DNA of 64,000 nt from Malacoraja senta (lineage: Eukaryota), in contig CM075996.1 of the NCBI GenBank assembly GCA_038087875.1, positions 6,264,001 through 6,328,000 on the forward strand, written 5' to 3'. The notes under the pieces were generated by a model, which ran no database searches, was not told the DNA's origin, and saw only the letters and a program-made list of their open reading frames with translations. Positions within the stretch are counted from its first letter, which is position 1. Each line of letters starts with the position of its first letter. Position numbers and translations under genes: made by a program. This document shows positions 25,336-37,340 of the stretch, piece by piece.

Positions 25336-25912
25336 TTCCTTCACTTGTCGCTTTACCTCCCACCTCGACTCCATTCAAGGACCCAAGCAGTCGTTCCAGG
25401 TGTGACAGAGGTTCACCTGCACCTCCTCCAACCTCATCTATTGCATTCGCTGCTCTAGATGTCAGCTGATCTACATCGGTCAGACCAAGCATAGGCTTGG
25501 TGATCGTTTCGCCGAACACCTCCGCTCGGTCTGCATTAACCAACCTGATCTCCCTGTGGCTCAGCATCTCAACTCCCCCTCCCATTCCGAATCCGACATT
25601 TCTGTCCTGGGCCTGCTCCATGGCCAGAGTCAGCACCACCGTAAATTGGAGGAGCAGCACCTCATATTCCACTTGGGCAGTTTGCACCCTAGCGGCATGA
25701 ACATTGACTTCTCCAATTTCCGGTAGCCCTTGTTGTCTCCTCCCCTTCTCAGCTCTCCCTCAGCCCTTTGGCTCCTCTTCCTTTCTCCTTTCTTCACCCC
25801 CCCCCCCATACATCAGTCTGAAGAAGGGTTTCGGCCCGAAATGTTGTCTATTTCCTTCGCTCCATAGATGCTGCTGCACCCGCTGAGTTTCTCCAGCACT
25901 TTTGTCTTCCTT
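25336..25912 (+). mobile_element. Penelope-like fragment (GIY-YIG region and pLTR)
   Basis: Close match to ~18505-19078. Confidence 0.9.
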
Positions 25913-27208
25913 CTCTTTCATACTACATCGTTCATTGCTGCACCTAATTAGTTCCTGGTCTGCTTAACTAATGAAGCTCACATATGGTTGATTTAGCTGA
26001 ATTCCTAAGTGAAAGCTATGTTTTAATGGTCCCTGCAATATTGCATTCTGGAGGCCCCAATTGCCACTGTCTCTAGTGCTGGTGTAGCCCATGATTCTCG
26101 TGTTCTGCAGTCCATTTTATACTGTTCCCCCAATGCACTAACCCGGTATCCCTGTGATGCCAGTTTATCTGTAATGTCTCAGTACTCCATGCTTTACACA
26201 ATATGATCGCACCCCTGCCAACTTGTAGCTCTGCAGCTTTAGCCTGCCAGTGTAATTGAAGACTCTTGTTAGCCAGTGTGACAGCAAGACTATCATTTAT
26301 TTGCTTTGGAGTTGCTTGTCGCCAACTTCTCACCTTTCCTTGTTCATGATAACCAGTGTTGCTGGTGTAAGGTTCAGCATTTTTATTCATTGTCTGTGCA
26401 GCCACCATTAGCCAGAATCTGCATGTGCAGCCAGAGCCTGTGTACTGCAAGTGCTGTCTTTTGCACCATTGGAGTTCCATGTATCAGTAGCATCTGTTAC
26501 CCGTATAGCTACCAGCCTGTTGCCAGCCAGTCTGACCCTAACCTAAGCCCAGATTCTCATTTTATAAAATATTGAACGTCATCCAAACCTGATGCATTCA
26601 TTCACGTACTGTCAGGCTTAAAATCAGGTATCCAGGCTGTACACTATGAACTCATCCTAAATGAGAAACGATGTAGAATCTACAGCCTGTTTTACATGTC
26701 CTCATACAAATCCTATATTGTTGCCTAATAGTTTTTTAAAGAGGAAATCGTTTAACACACAGTCTAACACACACCTATTGTTAACACACAATATTCTAGT
26801 GTTTTTGCCCGACTGCCCTATATTTTGAAATATTAAGTTTATCACTGACAAAAAATTATTTTAAGAATCTCTTTCAAATGCTATCAAATTTTGCAAGTTC
26901 ATGTTATGTACTGTCCATTTTTAAATTTAAAAAATTTGGTGTTTCATTATCACTTCTTATACTGCTTTAAACAGTTAATTCTGAACTCCGCAAACTGCTT
27001 GACAATAAGTGGACTATTCCTGGTTTTACACTCATTTCCAGCTTGGCAACACTGGCTCTGTTAAACAAAGTAAAAATTGGAGGAAGGGGCCTTGAGGTGT
27101 ATAAATGTTCATTTAACGTACATAAGATGTTCTGGAGGGCATCACAGCTCCTTGCGAAGCATTCAGTTCAGCATGTCCCACAGCAGGCCCAATCTGATTT
27201 GATTCAAG

Positions 27209-27428
27209 ATAGACAAAAATGCTGGAGAAACTCAGTGGGTGAGGCAGCATCTATGGAGCGAAGGAAAAAGGCAACGTTTCAGGTCGAAACCCTTCTTCAG
27301 TCTGAAGAAGGGTTTCGGCCCGAAAGGTTGCCTATTTCCTTCGCTCCATAGATGCTGCCTCACCCGCTGAGTTTCTCCAGCATTTTTGTCTACCTTCGAT
27401 TTTCCGGCATCTGCAATTCTTTCTTAAA
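27209..27428. mobile_element. Palindromic PLE-derived mini-element with back-to-back hammerhead motifs
   Basis: Same architecture as 33304-33523; TSD ctgatttgattcaag (27194) and cttatatgattcaag (27429). Confidence 0.9.
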
Positions 27429-27939
27429 CTTATATGATTCAAGCCTGCTGAATTATATTTTTCTATATATACGTCCCCTTAACTCGACACATAATAGCCA
27501 CATCCCATTATGTTCAAGTCAGGTCATTAGATTCTACGTATTATTCATCATTTCTGCAGCCCCTATCACCTGGGTACTTCTGCAGTCCTGCTAACCGTGG
27601 CTTCGTAATTCCCATTGTCCTGCTCTTTTGCATCACTTGTCACGCAACATATTTAAGGAGGCCTTGTGTCACTTTAATCCTGCTAGCTATTGTCTCTGCA
27701 GCTCCATCTACAGTGACCCAGTTCTTGATGCTCCTCTTATCTGGTATGCCCATAATTGTTATTACCTGACGTGCAAGCACTCCCTGCCACTGATGGCATG
27801 AGTGTCATTCCCCATTCCCTCTGCAGCCCCTACCCTCATAGCTATGCTCCCTTCAGCTTGTAGCTTAATATCTTTGCCTCTGTTACCTCTTTCATCACTT
27901 TAGTTCATTGTCATGGAAATCTAACTGTAAATAATCCTC

Positions 27940-28200
27940 ATCAACATCATCGTCGAAAACATTAGTGATGTAGTGGTGCTGGTTTCCGACGGGCACGGTG
28001 ACAGACGCACCACACATCTCTGTCCTCCATGCAGCTGGCAAGCTCCTCTTTTGTCTCTACACATGCGTCTTCCATCAACGTCTTCAGCTTTGTCTTGATC
28101 GGCCGTCCCGGGTCACGTCTTCCATGGGTGGGTTCCCACAGCACAACCTTGTTTGCTGGTCATTTCTGGGTGGCGGTGACCAGCGAGCCTCATCGTTCTC
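27940..28200 (-). mobile_element. RTE-like LINE 3' fragment
   Basis: LWEPTHGRRDPGRPIKT..LMEDAC..ELASCMEDRDVW; (gat)n-like tail. Confidence 0.65.
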
Positions 28201-28635
28201 CACCACCTGATCTTCTGTAAATAAACCAGCAATGTTTTTCGTTATAAAAGCAGAAAATGCTGGAATCAGCAGGTCGGGCAACATTTATGAAAAGAGAAAT
28301 AGAATTAACTTGTCAGGCCCAAGATGTTAACTCAGTTTCTCTCTCCACGGATGCTGGCTGACTTGTCGAATGTTCACAATGCTTTTTACCTTCCAACATC
28401 TACATTTTTTTTCATTTTCAATGGTTTTAGTGGTATGATCATCACCATTTGTGGAACATGAATAACACTGCATGGTATTGAGGAACGGAAATGATACACT
28501 TGCATAGAGTAGAAATAAGGAGCTGCATATGCGAAAAGGATACTTTTTGTAAGCCAGCATCTTGCATGTTACGCCGTGACTTGCTTTTTTTAATGGGAAG
28601 CCAATAATGATCCCGGCTTGCTCATTTACTCATTG

Positions 28636-28819
28636 GTAGACACAAAATACTGGAGTAACTCAGTGGGTGAGGCAGCATCTCTGGAGAGAAGAAATGGGTG
28701 ACGTTTCGACCCGAAACGCCACCCATTCCTTCTCTCCAGAGATGCTGCCTCATTCGCTGAGCTACTCCAGCATTTTGTGACTACCTTCGATTTAAACCAG
28801 CATCTGCAGTTCTTCCTTA
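28636..28819. mobile_element. Palindromic PLE-derived mini-element, folded back within the hammerhead stem
   Basis: Inverted arms around gtttcgacccgaaac; perfect 15-bp TSD ctcatttactcattg at 28621 and 28820. Confidence 0.9.
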
Positions 28820-29632
28820 CTCATTTACTCATTGCATGGATACAAAGCCATTCATCTGAAAATGCTAGGGCAGCTATCTGATGAATTTGATCTTGAAAAT
28901 GTCCTTTACATTTGTTTGAATTGAAACTCCATATTGATGTGTGGGAAAGAACTGCGTATGCTGGTTTAAATCGAAGATAAACATAAAATGCTGGAGTAAC
29001 TTAGCAGGACAGGCAGCATCGCTGGCGAGAAGGAATGGGGGACGTTTCGGGTCGAGACCCTTGTTCAGACCCTTCTCCATGTTGATGTTGTCCAGGATGT
29101 GTCTGATGTTTGCATTTTAGAATGGGGAAGCACTTGGATAAATGTGTAATTCAAACTGCCACAAGGGGAAACAAAATCAGAGCAGCAGCAGGCAACAGTC
29201 TCCTGAGCCTGCTCTGCCATTCAACAAGGTCATGGTGAAACTTCCATATCAAAAACTATTTTCTTATCCTATCCACATTTTGCTTGATTTCATGGACATC
29301 TACAAATTTATTGATCCCGGTGTTGAGCACAATCAGAGGCTAATGTTGTCAGTCCTCCAGGGTAAAGAAATTCAAGGATTCAACATCCTTTGAGTGATGA
29401 CATTTCTCCTCATTTTGGTCTCAAATGGCTTTTGGTGTAAACAGTGTGAGTGAATCAAAATGTGAACTAAATATTAAATGTGAACTAAATACTGGTTTAT
29501 TTTGGGATTATTTTGGAATATTATTTACTTGGTAGTAGGTAAGAACATAATTGTGGTAAATGTATAATTGGGTTAGAAGAGAGGTATCTGTATATTGGAA
29601 TTGCATATAACTGAGAGAATAGGGGTGAAGAG

Positions 29633-31582
29633 AGACACAAAGTGCTGGAGTAACTCAGTGAGACAGGCAGCATCTCTGGAGAGAAGGATTTTTTAAATTT
29701 CAAAATAGACTTTATTCATGTAATAATATACAATACAGGAACCGTGCAAAAAATTCATCTGACATTCTCAGAGGCTATCCAAACATTCAATACAGTTTAC
29801 ACAAATTACACAAATTTATCCCCCACCCTTGCCACTCATGTGGCCCACTGACCAAATAAGGCACCCTTCCCTAATTTTGAGGGGCATCTCCACCACACCC
29901 TGTCCTCCATGTCCAACAGCGCAAGGACCTTAGACTGTGGTCCTCCCCCACAGAGTCTAGGAGTTGGCTGCACCGAGCTTCAGTGTGTCCCTCAGTACTT
30001 ACTCCTGCAGTTTTTAGCGGGCCATTCGGCAACATTCCCGGATGGACATCTCGCTCCGCTGGGAGGTCAACAAAGCTCGGGCAGACCAAAGAGCGTCTTT
30101 CACCGAGTTGATGACCCTCCAGCAGCACTCGATGTCAGTCTCTGAATGCGTCCCTGGGAACAGTCCGTAAATCACAGAGTCCTCTGTGACAGAGCTGTTC
30201 GGAATAAATCGTGACAGGGACCCTTGCAAACCTCTCCAGGCTCGCTTTGCAAATCCACACTCTGCAAAGAGGTGGACAACCGTTTCCTCTCCATAGCAGC
30301 TGTCCCGAGGGCAGCGTGCGCTGGCAGTGAGGTTTCGACGGTGCAGGAAGGATCTGACTGGGAGGGCTCCCCTCACCACCAGCCAAGCCAGGTCTTGGTG
30401 CTTGTTGGTGAGTTCTGGCAATGAGGCATTTTGCCAGACAAACTGGGCAGTCTGCTCTGGGAACCACACCACAGGATCCATGGAGTCCTTTCCCTGCAGT
30501 GTCTGCAGGACGTTCCGTGCTGATCACTGCCTGATGGACTTGTGGTCAAAGGTGTTGGTCCGGAAGAACCTTTCCACAAGCGACAGATGGTGCGGCAATG
30601 TCCAGCTGACTGGCACATTGCGTGGCATCTGCCCAGGCCCATCCTTCGCAACACCGGGGACTGGTAGAACCTCAGCAGGTAGTGATACTTGGTGCCCACA
30701 TGCCTTGGCTCTATGCTCCGCCTGATGCAAGGAATGGGTGACGTTTTGGGTCGAGACCCTTCTTCAGACTAGTTTGGGGAAAAGGAAACGGGACATATAG
30801 ACGGTGATGTAGAGAGATATAGAACAAATGAATGAAAGATATGCAAAAAAGTAACGATGATAAAGGAAACAGGCCATTGTTTGCTGTTTGCTAGGTGAGA
30901 ACGGGAACCTGGTCCGACTTGGGTGGGGGATGGATGGAGAGAGCGGAAGTGTAGGGGTTACTTGAAGTTAGAGAAATCAATATTCATACCACTGGATTGT
31001 AAGCTGCCCAAGCGAAATATGAGATGCTGTTCCTCCAATTTGCGATTAGCCTCACTCTGACAATGGAGGAGGCCTAGGACAGAAAGGTCAGTGTGGGAAT
31101 GGGAGGGGAATTAAAGTGTTTGGCAACCCGGAGATCACGTAGGTTCAGGCAGACTGAGCGAAGGTGTTCAGCGAAATGATCGCCCAGTCTACACTTGGTC
31201 TCGCCAATGTATAGGAGTCTGCATCTTGAACAATAGATACAGTAGATGAGGTTGGAGGAGGTGGAAGTGAACCTCTGCCTAACCTGAAAGGACTGTCGGG
31301 GTCCCTGGACAGGGTGGAGGGAGGAGGTATAGGGACAGGTGTTGCATCTCCTGCGGTTGCAGGGGAAGGTACCTGGGGAGGGGGTGGTTTGGGTGGGAAG
31401 GGATGAGTTAACCAGGGAGTTGCGGAGGGAACGGTCTCTGCGGAAGGCGGATAGGGGTGGAGATGGGAAGATGTGACTGGTGGTGGGATCCCGTTGGAGG
31501 TGGCAAAAATGTCTGAGGATTATGTGTTGTATGTGACGGCTGATGGGGTGGAAGGTAAGGACTAGGGGGATTCTGTCCCTGT
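29633..31582 (-). mobile_element. Penelope-like element (second subfamily) interrupted by a Tx1 insertion
   Basis: Reverse-strand GIY-YIG region at ~30960-31300; terminal repeat split at gagaagga|atgggtgacg. Confidence 0.88.
29689..30728 (-). mobile_element. Tx1/L1-clade LINE 3' fragment (zf-RVT-like region, 3' UTR, polyA)
   Basis: KHQDLAWLVVRGALPVRSFLHRRNLTASARCPRDSCYGEETVVHLFAEC; AATAAA and A-tail on the minus strand near 29689-29718; 5-bp repeat aagga at both ends. Confidence 0.85.
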
Positions 31583-32672
31583 AAGGGTGTTATTATGTAC
31601 AGATTAATAAGGGGAGGTATGAAGACAAGTGGTGCACCGTGTTTGACAGAAAATGCTGTTTGAAATTTAGCGATGTCTTTTACAGTGAATCAGTTTGGTA
31701 TAGCAAACTCCTACTTTGAATGCTCTGTTTGATCAATCAAGCTAAAAGTGAGAATAAAATTGGCATTATGTGATTTCACCTCAGTCACTTTAGAATGTAG
31801 AATCTGTACATTTTAGTGAAATTAATGCATATTGACTTCCAGTAAATTTAATACTGGTTGTGATGTAGGGTGAGGATAAAAAACAGATAACAGGACCGAT
31901 AGAAGCAATAAAAGACAATGTTGGAGCAGATAGAAGTAAAGGTTACTTACTTGTGTTGTGGTTAATGAAGGCTTCTCTGTTTTTCACTGTGAGAGAAATT
32001 ACAAGCTCTCAGGAACAAATAAACATAAATTCAGGAGCAGCAAAGTTTTAAGCAAGTTTGTAGTTTAGTCCCTAATTATTTAATCCCCCCCCCCCCCCTT
32101 AACATGTTTGGTTACTTGAACAGTGCTTTGAAAGTGGAAAAATGGAGGATTTTGATTGTGACTAAGCTGATTAGTGTATTTGTGTGAGGCTTTGTTCCAG
32201 GAGTGGTGGTGGGTGGGGAAGAGGAGGGGCATCTGGCGGTGGCGAGGCCTTGTTTTCCTTTTTTATTCCAGCCTTCAAGTCTTTGTTGTAGGAACTGGCA
32301 GATAAGACTGAAGTCTGGTGGATGCGTTTGTTTTCAGTAAAGTTTCTTTTGGTGCTGTGTGGACACGGGGACTATCATTGCCCTGCTGCGTTAACTAAAG
32401 AGAGATTGATCTGTGATTAATCATGCGATTTAATGTGACTTCTAACATGAGTATTGTTGACAGAATCAATTGATGTAGCATTGTTGGTGCATCACAGTCG
32501 TGACAGATTAGCTTTGAAATGGATGTGTATCTTTTCAAAGCATAGAGCCAAGCGTCCCCCGCAAGGGGTGAAGCAGCTGCTTAGACTAGGAATAGTGATT
32601 GCACTACTGAAGCCTACTGAATAAACATGCTGCTGCTTATAATTTTCCTTTTCAATATTTTATATTGTACAG

Positions 32673-32711
32673 GAGGCCAGAGTTACTGTAGAGCCTGACA
32701 GAAGACATCAG
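32673..32711 (+). other. Candidate 39-nt internal 5' UTR or alternative exon
   Basis: U-rich tract ttttccttttcaatattttatattgtacag before it and CAG|gtgaga donor after it, in non-repetitive sequence. Confidence 0.4.
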
Positions 32712-33303
32712 GTGAGAACAGGACTGGATTCAGTTCTGTCATATCACATGTTTAATTAATATTGATATAAAAGGGAATAATGGCCAAAAGGTGGAAGGAC
32801 AGGCAAGTACCAGGATATCAGCTACATAGACATAAACAGGAAATGTAGGAAAGGACTGAGTTACTTAAATTCTGTGCATGCAGTATATCAGAATTCCAGG
32901 ACGTTACTGTGCATTCATCACATTCTAGAGATGTCTATGTGTATTCAATTAGATTAGAGCGAATGCAGAGTATTTGTTCAGAGTCTAGACTCTGTTCTAC
33001 ATTTGGTCCAATTCCAGAGTCAGTTTTGTATATTTGATAAGAGTCTGGAGATGTTCTGATTATAAATGGGTTTTAGAGAAAGTTTGAGCAAAACACAAAG
33101 CGCTGGAGGAACTTAGCGGGTCAGGCAGTATTAAAGCAAACCGTATTTTATGAGATAGCAGTGATAGCCCTCTATATCTGATAAGCAACCTAGAGATTGC
33201 TGCATTTTTATTTATTATGAAATAGTGCTGCACATTTGATATAAATCTGGAAATGGTGGCATCTATATAATCTGAATGTGGAGGCAATGCTGCACTTTTA
33301 GTT

Positions 33304-33523
33304 ACACAAAAATGCTGGAGAAACTCAGCGGGTGCAGCAGCATCTATGGAGCGAAGGAAATAGGCAACGTTTCGGGCCGAAACCCTTCTTCAGTCTGAAG
33401 AAGGGTTTTGGCCCGAAACGTTGCCTATTTCCTTCGCTCCATAGATGCTGCTGCACCCACTGAGTTTCTCCAGCATTTTTGTGTACCTTCGATTTTCCAG
33501 CATCTGCAGTTCCTTCTTTAACA
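33304..33523. mobile_element. Palindromic PLE-derived mini-element with back-to-back hammerhead motifs
   Basis: ~90-bp near-perfect inverted arms centred on cttcag-t-ctgaag, plus a ~35-bp tail; 14-bp TSD ctgcacttttagtt at 33290 and 33524. Confidence 0.93.
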
Positions 33524-33837
33524 CTGCACTTTTAGTTTGTTAGCTAAGACAACTGTGCATTGAATAGGATTCTGGAGAGAGCACTGCATATTTAACGAGA
33601 ATTTAGAGAGCACAATTTATTTAGACACATTCCAGGGTATCCAAATATTTTATCAGGGAGAGTATATTATTTTAGACATTTTGTAGAAAATAACTGTGAA
33701 TTTAATTCTAAGATGTGTATTTTTTCAGTTTCTAATGCTATTGTGCATTTAATCAGAATCTGGAAATGTGTATTTAATTAGATTGAGACAATGATGTATG
33801 TAATCGAATTCCAGATATGTTTCTGTGTATTTACAAG

Positions 33838-34131
33838 GTTTAGTTTAGTGTAGTTCAGAGATTCAGCCCTTCATCCCACCGAGTCCGCGCCGACCAGCAA
33901 TCCCCGTACACTAGCACTACACACTAGGGATAATTTACCACCAAAGCCAAATTAACCTATAAACCCGTACGTCTTTGGAGTGTGGGAGGAAACCGGAGCA
34001 CCTGGAGAAAACCTGTGCGGTCGCAGGGAGAACGTACAAACACCGTACAGACAGCACCCGTAGTCAGGATCGAACCTGGGTCTCTGGCCCTTTAAGGCAG
34101 CAACGTTACCACTGTGCCACTGTGCCGCCCA
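33838..34131 (-). mobile_element. HE1-like V-SINE
   Basis: Colinear with 873-1190. Confidence 0.9.
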
Positions 34132-35009
34132 CTTGTATTTAGTTAAATTCTAGCAATAATATTGCGTACACGATCAGTTGTAGAGATGCTGCTGTGTGCA
34201 TAGAACATTGCAGCACTGGCATATACAAGGCCCCCAGATGTGTGGACTACTCTCGCAGAAGCAGGCATCCCTGCTCATAGCATGCCTACTCGCTGACTGT
34301 GGAGTTTGCCATCTAGAGTCTAGGATCTCGACCTACTTGATCTGGTTCCAGAGGTAGCGCTGCATATTTAATAATTGTTAGCGAAGATGCTAGCAATTTG
34401 ATCGGAATCTAGAAATAGTTCTGTGTATTAATTTTTTTAATTTAACTTTGGAGAAGTTGCTGAATATTTAAAAATACATTGGAGAGATTGCAGTGCCTTC
34501 AATAAGGCACCCAAGAGGTTGAAGAGTCAGTGTTTTGAATTTACTTAGATTCCAGAAACATTATGTTGTATTGAAATGGATTATATAGATGGTGCTATGT
34601 GTAGAATGACATTCTGTGTTTCATTTAATTCTGGCAAAAGATTTCAGAACAGCGCATTTGTCAGTCAGTCCATTCAGTTCAGTTTATTGTCACGTGTACC
34701 GAGGTACAGTGAAAAGCTTTAGTAGTTTGCCAACCAGTCAGCAGAAAGACAATACATGATTACAATCGATCAATTTACGGTGTATAGATACACGATAAAT
34801 TCCAAGGATGTATTTTTATTTAATCAGAATCTAGAGATGGTGTTGTGTTTTTAATTGAATATTACATTGTTGATATGTATTTAGTTATAAAAATGATGCC
34901 ATACATTTAATGACATTTGGAAGTGGTGCTTTGTATTTAAACAGTTTCTAATGACAGTGCTTTTAACTGAATTTTAGAACAGTGCCCTATATTTAACCAA
35001 ATTCTAGAG

Positions 35010-36080
35010 AGTAGTACAGCACGGATACAGGACCTTAGGCCACCATTCCATGCTGACCATCGTGGTCTGTAGATCCCATTGATCATTATATGATCTGTAG
35101 TCTTTTACTCTATGCCGATTCTGGTGCTTGTCCAGTTCTTAAATCTTATGAGAGTACTTGTCTGCGCCACTTTTTCAGGTAGTGCATCCAGAGTGCAATT
35201 GCCCTGTAAGTAAACTAAACACATACTCAGATCCCCTCTAACTCCGAACCTTAAAACTATCCGATGTGGTTTTTGTTGTTGCTGTTTATCTTTTACTATA
35301 GTTTCTATTGTCCACTCTATCAATGCCTGTCATAATTTTGTATATTTGCATCAGGTCCCACTTCCGACTTCTCTGCTCAAAGGAAAACCAATCCAACCTA
35401 ACCAATTTTCATAACTGAAGTGTTCTAACCTGGAAAATCTTCTGCACATTCTCCAGAGGAATCACATTCTGTATAGTCTGGCGACCAAAACTGCACATAA
35501 TACTCCTGCTGTGGCCTGACTAGCACCTACATTCTATGCCGTGGGTAATAAGGAAGGCAAGCATCCCAAATGCCTTCTTCAACACTTTTAGGGATATGTT
35601 TACCTGTGCATAAAGGCCACTTTGTTCCTCAAAACTCCCTAAGATCCTACAATTCATGGTGTATATACTGCTCTTATGTATCTCCTCATACCTATCAGGA
35701 CACATCTGACATTGCTCTGCCCATTTTATTAGTTGATCATTATTGTTCTTTAGCCTTAAAGTATCCCCGTCACAAACAATAAACCTCCAATTTTCAGAAG
35801 AAGGGTCTCGACTCGAAACGTCGCCTATTCCTTCGCTCCATAGATGCTGCCTCACCTGCTGAGTTTCTCCAGCATTTTTGTCTACCTTCGATTTTTCCAA
35901 CATCTGCAGTTCCTTCCTAAACCACCAATTTTCATGTCATTTGCAAACTCATTAATCATATTGCCTGCATTAATATCCATTAACGATCCCTGTTGTGCTC
36001 CACTAGTCACAGGCTTCCAATTGCAAAACCAACTTTGCTCCATCACCCTCTGTCTCCTATTATCAAACCAACTTTACGTG
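35010..36080 (-). mobile_element. Old CR1 fragment
   Basis: Reverse-strand CR1 RT motifs (KAFGMLAFL..GIECR). Confidence 0.75.
35797..35918 (+). mobile_element. PLE pLTR-end insertion inside a CR1 fragment
   Basis: gaagaagggtctcgactcgaaacgtcgcc then tail; TSD aaacc(t/a)ccaattttca at 35781 and 35919. Confidence 0.85.
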
Positions 36081-36699
36081 TTATTTAAATCAGATTCTTG
36101 AGATGGTTCCATGTATTTCCAAAGATTCTGCTGTGTGTTTGATATGATTTTGGAAACAGTGCTAATGCTCTATCTGTTTTATGGCAACAGTTTTTTTTTA
36201 CAGGATTTTAGAACAATGCTCTACATTTAATTCGACTCTGGAAACAGCGCTGCTGTCTAATTAGATTCCTGAGAAGTTACTGTGCCTTTCCAAAGACAAT
36301 ATTATTTGATGTGATTCTGGAAATGGTGCACTGTGTTTAATCAGAATCTAGAACAGAGTTGTTATTTGATTTGATTCCAGCACCAATGTCACGTAATTAA
36401 TCAAGTTTCAGACATGCTGTTGTACATTTACCACCTTAGCACAATAACTCCCATCTTTTGGTTTGATGGATTGATTATAATTATTTATTATTATTATTAA
36501 CACTATACTTATGGGCGCCTTTCAAAGACTCTCAAGGACGCCTTACAAAATTTAATAAGCAGATTACAAAACATATAAGCAGAATAAAACAACAACAAAA
36601 AAAAATAGTAGGGACATCAACAAGACACAATTCAAAGAGAGAGCAGCGGCAGCTTAACGCGCCAGCGTTCACTCTCTCTTCCGGCAGCCATCTTGGAGA

Positions 36700-37340
36700 C
36701 AAAACAATCAAAACACCGTTTAACATTGAACATCCACCACAGTGACTCCTACACACTCCTCACTGTGGTGGAAGGCGAAATATAGTTTGTCCTTTCCCTT
36801 GATCTTCCGGGGTCGTGGGTCTCGAGCCCCCGTTGACGGGACGATCTTGATTCCCGTAGCCGGTGTTCGGGCCCTCCGCATCAAGGCACTCCACTCCCGC
36901 ATCGGGGGTGATGTCAGTTCCCCCGCGCCGGGCGAACGAACCGCTCGTCGGGGCAGGACGAGCCTTCCGCGGCGTTGGAGCTCCCGACCAGCCTCACCCC
37001 GAGACTGCGAGCCCTTGGTGATAAAGTCCGCTGTGGTCACGGTGGGAGCGATCCCAGGCCGATGTAAGTCCACGCCCCGCGGTGGGGCTCACGACAGTCC
37101 GAGGAGGCTTCCAGCTCCAGCGATGGTAGGCCGCAGAGCCCAGAGAATGTGATCCGAAAATTAATCACATCTCCGGGAAGGTAAGAACTTGAAAAAAGTT
37201 TCCCCCGAACCCCCCCCCCCCATAAAACATACCAGAAGAACATTAAAATGAACTTCTAACAGACTAAAAAATAACAAAAGCAATGAAAAGGCAACAGACT
37301 GCCGGTAGGGCTGCCATCTTCCCCCCGTGGCCACACCCCA
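36700..37340 (-). mobile_element. GC-rich non-coding retroelement (family shared with 45400-46105)
   Basis: Shared blocks catccaccacag..ctca..gtg.tggaagg, gaaaaagtttccccc, gc.gccat. Confidence 0.65.

Noticed and set aside
36720..37320. Second CpG-island promoter
   Set aside because: The CpG richness belongs to a dispersed element with a related copy at 45400-46105
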